NCBI GenBank assembly: GCA_027340875.1
Contig: DAIENX010000007.1
Location: 10,750 to 74,749 of the forward strand
Length of the DNA: 64,000 nt
Direction: 5' to 3'
Source of the DNA: Elusimicrobiota bacterium
GTDB taxonomy: Bacteria > Elusimicrobiota > Elusimicrobia > Elusimicrobiales > UBA9959
In this document: positions 31,506 through 39,347 of the stretch, in pieces
Numbering within the stretch: the first letter of the stretch is position 1
How the letters are laid out: each line of letters opens with the position of its first letter
The notes under the pieces: model-generated
Told to the model about the DNA's origin: nothing
The model's database searches: none
The model's input: the letters and a program-made list of their open reading frames with translations, nothing else
Program-made: the position numbers and the translations under genes

Positions 31506-32984
31506 TCAGCTGCCGGCCTTTATCCCTCTCGACCTGACGAACTTGTCGAGGTCGAACTTCTCGAAGGGCTGGTAATTCTTCTGCCGCCAGGGCTTGTTGG
31601 TGATGAAGCTCCAGCCCATCTTGATGAACATGTTGAGGTAGGTCCTATGGAGCGGCTTCTTCGAGAAGAAATAGTTCCCGAGGAACTTCCTGTTCACGAT
31701 AAGTGCCTTCCCGATCCATTTTTTATAGTACTTGTCGGCCTCCCCGACCGACATATCCGCGGTCCTGGTTATCGCGTTGAGCCAGTTGAACTGCGAGAAA
31801 TCCGTCACCTCTATCGCGCCCATCTTCTTGCATTCGTCGTAATAGGGGGTGCCCGGCAGCGGCGTGGTGAAATCCGGGCCCACGATGTCGCAGTTCTCGA
31901 TCAGGAAGTCGAGGGTATTGTGCAGGTCCTCCTTGGTATCCCACGGACTGCCCCACATCAGCATTCCCATGATTATGAAATTGTGCTTCTGGGCTATCTT
32001 TATGGCCTTGTTTATCACCTCGAGGGTCTGCGGCTTCTGCAGCCTTTGCAGTTCGCTGGGCTTCGAGGTCTCTATCCCCAGCATGATCTGATACACGCCT
32101 ATCTCGTTGAGGTCCTTCATCAGGCTCTCGTTCCTGATCACGTTGAAGCAGGTCGTCTGTATCCACATCAGGACGCCCAGCTTCCTGGCCCGCATGAGCT
32201 TTATGAACTCCCGGGTGCGGTCCTGGTCGTGGAGGAAGTCGTTGTCCCCGACGTAGAAGACCTTTTTGCCGTATTTCTTGCTCAGCAGCTCGAGCACGTC
32301 CACCATGTACTTCGCCCCGTGCCCGCGCCAGGAATGCTGCCAGTGTATGGCCTCGCTGCAGAACCTGCAGTGCCCCACGCAGCCCCTCGCGAAATTCACG
32401 GTGAAGCCGACCTTGCCGCCGAACGGGGCCAGGCCGTACCTCTCCATCGGGAACAGGTCGAAGGCGGGCATCGGGAGCTCGTCCAGGTCCTTTATCATCG
32501 GCCGAGGGGCGTTCTTTACGGCCTCTCCGTCCTTGAGCCAGGCCAGGCCTTTTATCCCCGAAAGGTCTCTCTCCTTCTTCTCCACGGCCCGGAGCAGCTC
32601 CATCAGCGTGACCTCTCCCTCGCCCGTGACGATGTAATCGAACAGCCCGCTTTCAAGGGCGTCCTTCCACATGTAGGAGCCCATATAGCCGCCGGTCACT
32701 ATCTTGGCGCCGGGCAGCACCTTTCTCGCTATCTTCGCGGCGTTCACCGTATCCTGCCAGAAAGCCGTTACCGACCCGGTTATGGCCACGACGTCCGGCC
32801 GCTCATTATCGAGCGTCTCCGCCGTTCTGTCCCATGGCTTATCGGGCGCGACGGCGGCGTCGAAGACCTTCGTTTCGAACTCTTTCCTGGCTACCGCGGC
32901 GAGGTATATGAGCGACGGCGAGGCCGTCACGCCCCTGAAAAATTCCCAGTATTGGTGGAGCGGTTCAAGAAAAAGGACTTTCAT
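31506..32984 (-). CDS. B12-binding-domain radical SAM protein (class B rSAM)
   Basis: The N-terminal cobalamin-binding-like Rossmann region has DVVAITGSVTAF and KIVTGGY. rSAM motif FARGCVGHCRFCSE. Size is 492 aa. It is visibly less GC-rich than the upstream cluster. GGGAGA SD precedes ATG 32984. Confidence 0.9.
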   Translation of the reverse strand: MKVLFLEPLHQYWEFFRGVTASPSLIYLAAVARKEFETKVFDAAVAPDKPWDRTAETLDNERPDVVAITGSVTAFWQDTVNAAKIARKVLPGAKIVTGGYMGSYMWKDALESGLFDYIVTGEGEVTLMELLRAVEKKERDLSGIKGLAWLKDGEAVKNAPRPMIKDLDELPMPAFDLFPMERYGLAPFGGKVGFTVNFARGCVGHCRFCSEAIHWQHSWRGHGAKYMVDVLELLSKKYGKKVFYVGDNDFLHDQDRTREFIKLMRARKLGVLMWIQTTCFNVIRNESLMKDLNEIGVYQIMLGIETSKPSELQRLQKPQTLEVINKAIKIAQKHNFIIMGMLMWGSPWDTKEDLHNTLDFLIENCDIVGPDFTTPLPGTPYYDECKKMGAIEVTDFSQFNWLNAITRTADMSVGEADKYYKKWIGKALIVNRKFLGNYFFSKKPLHRTYLNMFIKMGWSFITNKPWRQKNYQPFEKFDLDKFVRSRGIKAGS

Positions 32985-33176
32985 TACGGTTTCTCCCTGC
33001 TGGCCGGCCGCAAGATCGAACGCGGCTCCGCGTCATCCCTCCTCACGACGGGAACACGGAACCCCGCATCTACAAACTACCACATTACTGACCCTTAAGC
33101 CAAGAGCGGCGGCTTTCATCGGGAGGGGCGCGGGACAGTTGGTCCCGCGGCGTCCGCAGTGCCGCGGTCCAGGGTA

Positions 33177-33205
33177 TTGACAGCCGCCGGGTTTCGTCTT
33201 ATAAT
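33177..33205 (+). promoter_or_regulatory. Consensus sigma70 promoter for the small-ORF / rSAM-SPASM operon
   Basis: TTGACA (33177-33182), a 17-nt spacer, then TATAAT (33200-33205). Both hexamers match consensus perfectly. Confidence 0.65.
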
Positions 33206-33232
33206 CGGATTATACGGGTGACAGGAGGAAAG

Positions 33233-33343
33233 ATGCCTGCGATCGCTAAATCTCCGGTAAAACCGGCTAAAAAACTGAACAAAACGCTGAAAGCGGACAA
33301 GAAACTGTCGCGGTACTGCCGTTCCGGCAGGGTTCTCTGGTAA
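33233..33343 (+). CDS. Unannotated 36-codon Lys-rich ORF, a candidate RiPP precursor peptide
   Basis: My manual translation is MPAIAKSPVKPAKKLNKTLKADKKLSRYCRSGRVLW, then TAA. AGGAGG lies 4 nt upstream of ATG 33233, about 28 nt downstream of the consensus -10. It is followed by a hairpin and then the rSAM/SPASM gene. It is too short for the ORF track. Lys codons are mostly AAA, which is atypical for this genome. Confidence 0.4.
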   Translation: MPAIAKSPVKPAKKLNKTLKADKKLSRYCRSGRVLW

Positions 33344-33362
33344 ACCGGTCCGATAACGCGAC

Positions 33363-33396
33363 GAAGTCCCCGTAACCGCGGGGACTTCTCGTTTCC
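33363..33396 (+). terminator. Intercistronic hairpin (attenuator or partial terminator) between the small ORF and the rSAM/SPASM gene
   Basis: Perfect 10-bp stem: GAAGTCCCCG (33363-33372), loop TAACCG, CGGGGACTTC (33379-33388). It is followed by TCGTTTCC, a weak T tract. Confidence 0.5.
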
Positions 33397-33419
33397 AGCG
33401 GACCGTCAAACGGAGAAAG

Positions 33420-34907
33420 ATGGCACAAAAACCGGCATTCCTCTTCGAGAAACTCGGGCGCCGCATCGGCGTCTCTACCGGCACCGGCGATTTCTACGAG
33501 CTGTCCCCTGCCGTCTACAAGGCCCTTAAGAAGTGGAATAGCGCGATCGAAGAAAAGGGCGGAAAACTCTCGACCGCGGCGGCGGAAAAGCTGGCCCGCG
33601 GCTTTTCGGTCCCGGCGGAGATCTCCGCTCTGTTCCCGCTGCGCGCCGCCAGGTCCGGGCCTCCCGACATCCGCGCCCGCCTGACCGACCTGACGCTGAA
33701 CATAACCTCCGACTGCAACCTGCGCTGCGTCTACTGCTGGAACGATACCGGGAAATATTCGAACGGTTCGTTCAAGAAGGCGAAGAGCGCCCGTCCGGAA
33801 GCCGCGGCCTGCCCTCCCCCGATGTCCGTGGAAACGGCCTGCCGGGCCGTGGACCTGCTGGTCAAGATGAGCCGCGGGGAAAAACAGCTGGTCGTGGATT
33901 TTTACGGCGGGGAGCCTCTTAAGAACCTGCCCACGCTCCTGGGCGCGGTCGCCTACTGCAAGGCCCTGGGAAAGAAAACGAACATCCGGTTCCATTTCCT
34001 GCTGGCCACCAACGGGACCCTGCTGACCCCGGCGCTGGCCGAGAAGCTGCTGGGACTGGGGGTACAGATAGCGGTAAGCGTGGACGGCCCCAGGAAGCTG
34101 CACGACCGGAACAGGCCCTTTCACGACGGGAAAGGCAGCTTCGCCGCGATAGCGCGAAACCTGCGGAACATGCGTCCGGAGACGAGACGCAGGCTGGTCG
34201 GGAGGACGACCGTCACCCCTTACTACACGGACATGGTCGCGCTTTACCGCAACCTAAAGGACCTGGGGTTCGAGCGCGTGGAGATCTTCGAGAGCGAGGA
34301 CGCGTGCCACAAGATAACCCCGGGGAGGGAAGCCGTTTTCTTCCACAAGGAAAAGGACTTCCGCAGGATCCTCGGGGAGTACGATCTGCTGGCCGGGAAA
34401 TATTCGGACGAGGCCGTAAAGGGCGTCCTGGATTACGGAAAGACCTTCTTCAACAGGTTCTTCAAGCTGATGCAGAGGCTTTATTACAACCAGCAGGTCA
34501 CCGGCGGGTGCCCGGCGGCCCAGGGCCAGATAGCGGTGTCGTCCGACGGCGAGATCTTCCCCTGCACCTCGTTCATAGGGATAAAGGCCTTCTCCCTCGG
34601 GAACGTGCACTCCGGGCTGGACCGCAAAAAACATCTCTCGCTGCTGCGGAAAACCGCCGGAAGGTTCAGGAGGTGCGCCGGCTGCGAGATCTTCAGCGTC
34701 TGCGGGACCACCGGGTCCTGCCTGAACATCAACCATTATTTCAACGGGGACGTATCCAGGCCTCATGCCAGGAGTTGCAGGCTGTTCACGGAAAAGATAA
34801 AGCTGGCCATGGCCGTGCTCGCCGACCTTTCGGAAAGGATGCCGGACAGGCTGGAGGCTCTTTTCGGCCACGATCCCGTAGGACGTAGAGGGAACGAACT
34901 CTATTGA
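33420..34907 (+). CDS. Radical SAM/SPASM domain peptide-maturase-like protein
   Basis: LNITSDCNLRCVYCWND (CX3CX2C), FYGGEPLKN, ATNGTLL, SVDGPRKLHDRNR. SPASM cysteines are present (GGCPAAQGQIAVSSDGEIFPCTSF, then CAGCEIFSVCGTTGSCLN). An N-terminal extension of about 95 aa may be an RRE-like peptide-binding domain. GGAG SD is present. Confidence 0.9.
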   Translation: MAQKPAFLFEKLGRRIGVSTGTGDFYELSPAVYKALKKWNSAIEEKGGKLSTAAAEKLARGFSVPAEISALFPLRAARSGPPDIRARLTDLTLNITSDCNLRCVYCWNDTGKYSNGSFKKAKSARPEAAACPPPMSVETACRAVDLLVKMSRGEKQLVVDFYGGEPLKNLPTLLGAVAYCKALGKKTNIRFHFLLATNGTLLTPALAEKLLGLGVQIAVSVDGPRKLHDRNRPFHDGKGSFAAIARNLRNMRPETRRRLVGRTTVTPYYTDMVALYRNLKDLGFERVEIFESEDACHKITPGREAVFFHKEKDFRRILGEYDLLAGKYSDEAVKGVLDYGKTFFNRFFKLMQRLYYNQQVTGGCPAAQGQIAVSSDGEIFPCTSFIGIKAFSLGNVHSGLDRKKHLSLLRKTAGRFRRCAGCEIFSVCGTTGSCLNINHYFNGDVSRPHARSCRLFTEKIKLAMAVLADLSERMPDRLEALFGHDPVGRRGNELY

Positions 34908-34978
34908 ACCCGGCGACCGCGGTCAACGGACAATGTCCGCAAGGGTCAATACCCAGGGCCGCGCCGCATATGCTTCCC

Positions 34979-36514
34979 TCAGCGCTTCCCGGAGCCGGAC
35001 GCAACGTATTCCGCGGCGAGCTTCGCCGCGCTGCCGCCGGATTGTATGGCCATGGTCATCCCTGAACCGGGAGAAGTCCACTGTCCCGAGAGGAAAAGAC
35101 CGCGCACGGGGGAGACCTGCGGCAATCTGTCGAACAGCGTCTGGCCGACCTTGTTCTCCCAGCCGTAGATCGCCCCCTCGTCCACCCCGGTCCGCGCCTC
35201 TATGGAGGCCGGGTCGAAGATCTCCATCTCGCGCACCTTGCTCCGAAGGCCCGGCAGCACGCTCTCGACCATGTCTATCAGGCGGTCCGCACGGGCCGCG
35301 CGGTTCTTCTTCCAGTAAGCCCGGCCGCGCCAGGGAGAGAGCGTGATGACCGCCAGCGAGCTGCAGCCGCGCGGCGCCTGCGAAGGATCCGCGAGGGAAT
35401 GGAGGCAGAGGCCGAACGAGCTGATCTCCCCCTGCGTCGTCAGAGCGTAGTTCTCGTCGTGATCGAGGCCGCGGTAGAAGCTGGTGGCGTAGACCGGCGG
35501 CCTCTCGAGCCGCCCGATATCCAGCTCCGCGCCTATCAGCAAATGGAACGCGGACAGCGAGGTGCTCATCCCGCGCAGGCGCGAGAGGTAAGGCGCCGGC
35601 GCGACGCTCGCACCGAGCATGGCGCCGAAGGTAAGCCTGGCCGGGGCGTTGGAGATGACGCAGCGCGCGTCCACGCGGGTCCCGTCCTCGAGCTCCACCC
35701 CCTTCGCCGCGCCGGCGGCGGTAAGTATGCGCCGCACGGGCGCGCCGGTCCTCACCGTCCCGCCGCGCGCTGTTATGGAGCCGGCCAGCGCCTCGCTCAG
35801 GCTGCGCGAGCCGCCCCTGATATAGAAGGGCTTCTCCGCCGTGAAGGCGCCCAGCATGGCCACCATCATCATGGCGGGCACCCGGCCCGGCGGCACGCCC
35901 AGGTATACCCAGGGAGCGCCGAGTATGGCCACCAGCTCGGGGGACCGGAAATGCTCGCGGCAGTAATCCCCGAAGGTCCGCTTGGCATAGCGCATCATGG
36001 CCGCCGAATTGACCATATTGCGCAGTTCGGCGGCCGGGCTGGAGCATTCCCTGAGGCGGTCCCTCCAGCCGCCGGACTTCAGCATGCGGTCCATCCGGTA
36101 GAGACTGCGGCCCTGCTCGAGCATTTTGCTTATCGCGCGGCGCTCGGCGGGGAAACGCCTGCAGAGGGCCGCCTCGAGCTCGCCGGCGTCGGCGGGGAAC
36201 AGGAAGCGGAGCCCCGGGAACACCACCTCCATGAAAGCGGGCAGCTCGATGAACTCCACCTTCCGGTCCACCCCCATCTCCCGGAGCAGTCCCGCGCTCT
36301 GGGTACCCGTACTGCCGAGGCCGTAGACCTGGTGCAGCGCCCGCTCGAACGAGTAGCCGCCGCGCCTCACTACGCTGGCGTTGCCCCCCACCTCCTCGTT
36401 GCGCTCGGCCAGGAAGACCTTGTAGCCGCGGCTGGCCAGCAAGGCCCCCGCCGACAAGCCTCCGAGGCCGCCGCCTATCACCGCCGCGTCGAAATCAGTG
36501 CCGTTCTTTTTCAT
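34979..36514 (-). CDS. FAD/NAD(P)-dependent oxidoreductase, phytoene desaturase (CrtI)-like family
   Basis: N-terminal dinucleotide-binding motif DAAVIGGGLGGLSAGALLASRGYKVFLAERNEEVGG. Size is 511 aa. The C-terminus has GLFLSGQWTSPGSG, typical of amine-oxidase/CrtI-fold enzymes. Confidence 0.85.
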   Translation of the reverse strand: MKKNGTDFDAAVIGGGLGGLSAGALLASRGYKVFLAERNEEVGGNASVVRRGGYSFERALHQVYGLGSTGTQSAGLLREMGVDRKVEFIELPAFMEVVFPGLRFLFPADAGELEAALCRRFPAERRAISKMLEQGRSLYRMDRMLKSGGWRDRLRECSSPAAELRNMVNSAAMMRYAKRTFGDYCREHFRSPELVAILGAPWVYLGVPPGRVPAMMMVAMLGAFTAEKPFYIRGGSRSLSEALAGSITARGGTVRTGAPVRRILTAAGAAKGVELEDGTRVDARCVISNAPARLTFGAMLGASVAPAPYLSRLRGMSTSLSAFHLLIGAELDIGRLERPPVYATSFYRGLDHDENYALTTQGEISSFGLCLHSLADPSQAPRGCSSLAVITLSPWRGRAYWKKNRAARADRLIDMVESVLPGLRSKVREMEIFDPASIEARTGVDEGAIYGWENKVGQTLFDRLPQVSPVRGLFLSGQWTSPGSGMTMAIQSGGSAAKLAAEYVASGSGKR

Positions 36515-36668
36515 AGTTTCACCCGGGGACCGGGTCTCCCGCGCATTCCGCCTATAATATCAAAAAGCGGAAGAGCTTTCGTCAGAAGACGCAGCTTCTG
36601 CCAAAATGAACGGTGGGCGGGATGCCAGGGGAGAACGGGGACGGGGGGAAGGGCGGTTTTCCGCGGTT

Positions 36669-37055
36669 TCAGAGCAGCACTACCAGCAGGGTCGCGCCGA
36701 ACTTTTCCTTCAAAAAGGCCCGCGCCTCCTCCGCGATGTCCCTGAAATCCTCCAGGTCGGCGGGAGAGGCGGAGAGGAAAGAGGCCGGGTCCCGGACCGC
36801 CAGCACGTAACCCTTCGCCGGGACCTCGTTCGGGAGCGAACGCAGGCAGTCCAGCAGGGCGTCCCAGTTCCCGCCGAAATAGGCCGGGAACCTGAACGCC
36901 GACGAGACCGCGGCCAGCAGCCCGGCCTTGTCCCTGGCCGCAGATCCGTCTATGAAGGCCGTAAAATAATCCGGAGGAGGGAACCTTTTCAGGACCTCCT
37001 CCTCCGAAGCGGACCCCTTGAGGTCCAGGAACAGCCCGCCGGCGCCCGGGGGCAT
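36669..37055 (-). CDS. Barstar-family ribonuclease inhibitor
   Basis: FRFPAYFGGNWDALLDCL is the hallmark barstar motif. Size is 128 aa. It starts 5 nt downstream of the RNase gene. Confidence 0.85.
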   Translation of the reverse strand: MPPGAGGLFLDLKGSASEEEVLKRFPPPDYFTAFIDGSAARDKAGLLAAVSSAFRFPAYFGGNWDALLDCLRSLPNEVPAKGYVLAVRDPASFLSASPADLEDFRDIAEEARAFLKEKFGATLLVVLL

Positions 37056-37060
37056 GCGGC

Positions 37061-37621
37061 TCAGTAGACCACCGTCAGCAGGATAAAGTTCTTGTAGTGG
37101 TCGGGGGTGTAGTAGATCTTCTCGCCGCCGCCTATTATCACCCGCTCCGAGCCGCGGGCGCTGAGGTCGGGGGCCACCTGGTAGGTGGTGCCGCCTATGG
37201 TCACCGTGTGCGGCGCGTTGCCGGTCAGAAGCGTGTACTCGTGGTAGTAGCCCTTGGGCTGCTGCGGCAGGCGTCCTTCCTTGTTGGAGAAGATCGCGCC
37301 GTCCTGGGAATACGGGAGATGGTTCCCGTTGTAGATGTCGGAGATCAGCTTCATCAGCGCCTTGATGCGGGCGCCGTCCTGGATGGCGGGGCTGAAGTCG
37401 CGGCCGGGAGCGGGCGCGCCGGCCGAGGCGCGCGTTTCCGCAGCGGGAGCGGCCATCGGAACGATAATCTCATTCGGGGAGGGGATCGCGTCCAGGCCCT
37501 GCAGCACCACCGCGCCGGACAGGTCGCCCAGCGCTGTCGCGCCTGGGCGCTCGGCGAAGACCCGTGGCGAAACCGCGAGCAGGGAAAGTATTACGGCGGT
37601 CTGAAACCATCTTTTAAGCAT
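37061..37621 (-). CDS. Secreted guanyl-specific ribonuclease (barnase / RNase Sa / N1-T1 family)
   Basis: Start taken at ATG 37621 (MLKRWFQTAVILSLLAVSPRVFA, a signal peptide). Catalytic-core motifs are GYYHEYT, RGSERVI and YYTPDHY. Confidence 0.85.
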   Translation of the reverse strand: MLKRWFQTAVILSLLAVSPRVFAERPGATALGDLSGAVVLQGLDAIPSPNEIIVPMAAPAAETRASAGAPAPGRDFSPAIQDGARIKALMKLISDIYNGNHLPYSQDGAIFSNKEGRLPQQPKGYYHEYTLLTGNAPHTVTIGGTTYQVAPDLSARGSERVIIGGGEKIYYTPDHYKNFILLTVVY

Positions 37622-37756
37622 GTTCTTTTTCCTTGTGTTGTAATGGCGCCGATCGCGCTCGCGTTCCGGCATTACCGCAGTTATATTTTAGTATATAACG
37701 TTTTTCTGCCTAGGGCCCTAGGACCCAGACCCGCCTAGGCCCAAAGACCCAGAGAA

Positions 37757-37787
37757 CCAAAAGAAAGGCCGGGGCGGGCCCGGCCTT
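37757..37787 (-). terminator. Intrinsic terminator downstream of the PIN-PhoH gene
   Basis: 9-bp stem AAGGCCGGG / CCCGGCCTT (37765-37773 and 37779-37787) with a 5-nt loop. On the minus strand it is followed by TCTTTTGG. Confidence 0.65.
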
Positions 37788-37808
37788 CCCTTGACCGGCT
37801 GGAGCCGG

Positions 37809-39113
37809 TTACAGCAGCTCGGCCACGAGCGCCGCCAGCGAGCTGCGCTCGGTCTTCGTGAACGTCAGGTGGCCGTACATTTTCTGGCCCTTCATGCGGT
37901 CCACGATATAGGTCAGGCCGTTGGACGCTATGTCCAGGTACGGATTGTCTATCTGGTACGGATCGCCTGTCACCACGACCTTGGTGCCCTCCCCGGCGCG
38001 CGAAAGTATCGTCTTGATCTCGTGCGGCGTCAGGTTCTGCGCGTCGTCCACTATCATGTACTGCTTCGGCAGCGAGCGGCCGCGGATATGCGTGACGGAG
38101 GCTATCTCTATCTTCTCGTTCTGCAGCAGGTATTCGAACTTCTCCAGCGCGCTCTCCTGGTGGCGCTTGTCCATCACGAACTCGAGGTTGTCGTAGATAG
38201 CCCCCATCCACGTAGAGAGCTTCTCCTCCTTGGTGCCGGGGATGAAGCCGATGTCCTTTCCGACCGGGACTATCGGACGGCAGATGATCAGCTTGCGGTA
38301 GACGTTCTCTTCCACCGACTTCTGCAAACCGCAGACCAGCGTGCAGAGGGTCTTGCCCGTGCCGGCGGAACCGAGCAACGTGACCAGCTTGACCGAGTCG
38401 TCGAGCAGCAGCTCCATCGCGCAGCGCTGCTCCTTGTTGAGCGGGCGGATGCCCCACGGCGAGGGCTCCGGGTTCAGCGCCCGGATCTTCGACGGGTCGG
38501 CCGGGTCCACGCGGCCGAGCGCCGACTTCTTCTGGTCGTCCTTGGCGTGGATCACGACGAATTCATTGGGGGACAGCTCGCTGTCCTTCGGGCTGTCGAT
38601 CACGTGGTCCTTGTAGAACTTGTCCACCGACGGCGCGGGGACCTGCAGCGTGACCAGCCCTGGGTAAAGCTCGTCCACCTTCACCTTGCCGGACTCGTAG
38701 TCCTGCGACACCAGCCCGACGGCCTCGGCCTTCAGGCGCAGGTTGATGTCCTTGGTCACCAGTATCGCGGTGTGCTTCTTCTGGCCGTACCAGTAGGCGG
38801 TGTTCAGGATGCGGTTGTCCATCTCCGTCAGCTTGAACTCCTTGGGCAGCACCTGAACGTGGTCCAGGTCCACCACCAGCGTGCCGCCGTTCTCCATCTT
38901 GACGCCGGCGTTCAGCTTGCCTTTCAGGCGGTATTCGTCGAGCTTGCGCGAGACTATGCGCGCGCTCTTGCCGCGCTCGTCGGCCGCGTGTTTGAAGGTG
39001 TCCAGTTCCTCTATGACGGAGATCGGTATGACCACCGTATTATCCTCGAATTTGGTGAACGACAGCGGGTCGTGGATAAGCACGTTCGTGTCGAGGATGA
39101 ATACTTTTTTCAT
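37809..39113 (-). CDS. PhoH2-type protein: N-terminal PIN domain fused to a PhoH-like ATPase
   Basis: The track ORF is 5'-extended. The ATG at 39113 is preceded by GGAGGA. PIN motif KVFILDTNVLIHDP. PhoH Walker A GSAGTGKT and Walker B-like MIVDDAQN. Confidence 0.9.
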   Translation of the reverse strand: MKKVFILDTNVLIHDPLSFTKFEDNTVVIPISVIEELDTFKHAADERGKSARIVSRKLDEYRLKGKLNAGVKMENGGTLVVDLDHVQVLPKEFKLTEMDNRILNTAYWYGQKKHTAILVTKDINLRLKAEAVGLVSQDYESGKVKVDELYPGLVTLQVPAPSVDKFYKDHVIDSPKDSELSPNEFVVIHAKDDQKKSALGRVDPADPSKIRALNPEPSPWGIRPLNKEQRCAMELLLDDSVKLVTLLGSAGTGKTLCTLVCGLQKSVEENVYRKLIICRPIVPVGKDIGFIPGTKEEKLSTWMGAIYDNLEFVMDKRHQESALEKFEYLLQNEKIEIASVTHIRGRSLPKQYMIVDDAQNLTPHEIKTILSRAGEGTKVVVTGDPYQIDNPYLDIASNGLTYIVDRMKGQKMYGHLTFTKTERSSLAALVAELL

Positions 39114-39347
39114 TGGTTCCTCCGTTTCCGGTCCGGCCGGCGGAAGCCGGGGCTCAAGCCCCGGAAGACCGCAACTTTTCCGCCCCCCGGTCCGTAATTG
39201 TGATAGCAGGATATCGGGCCCCGCTAATTCTAGCATAAATCCCGCGAAAGCGGTTTTATGAGCGGGCGCTAAAATAGTAAGATATCGATATCCACCGCCA
39301 CCGCCCTACGGGGCGGCGGCGTCGTTCATCTGGCAACAAGGACAAAG

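Noticed and set aside
31375-31575. A 66-aa plus-strand ORF, and a 36-codon minus-strand ORF overlapping the operon promoter.
   Set aside because: Neither has an SD. Both are Arg/Gly/Pro-rich and overlap the -35/-10 elements or the 3' end of the B12-rSAM gene. They are probably non-coding.
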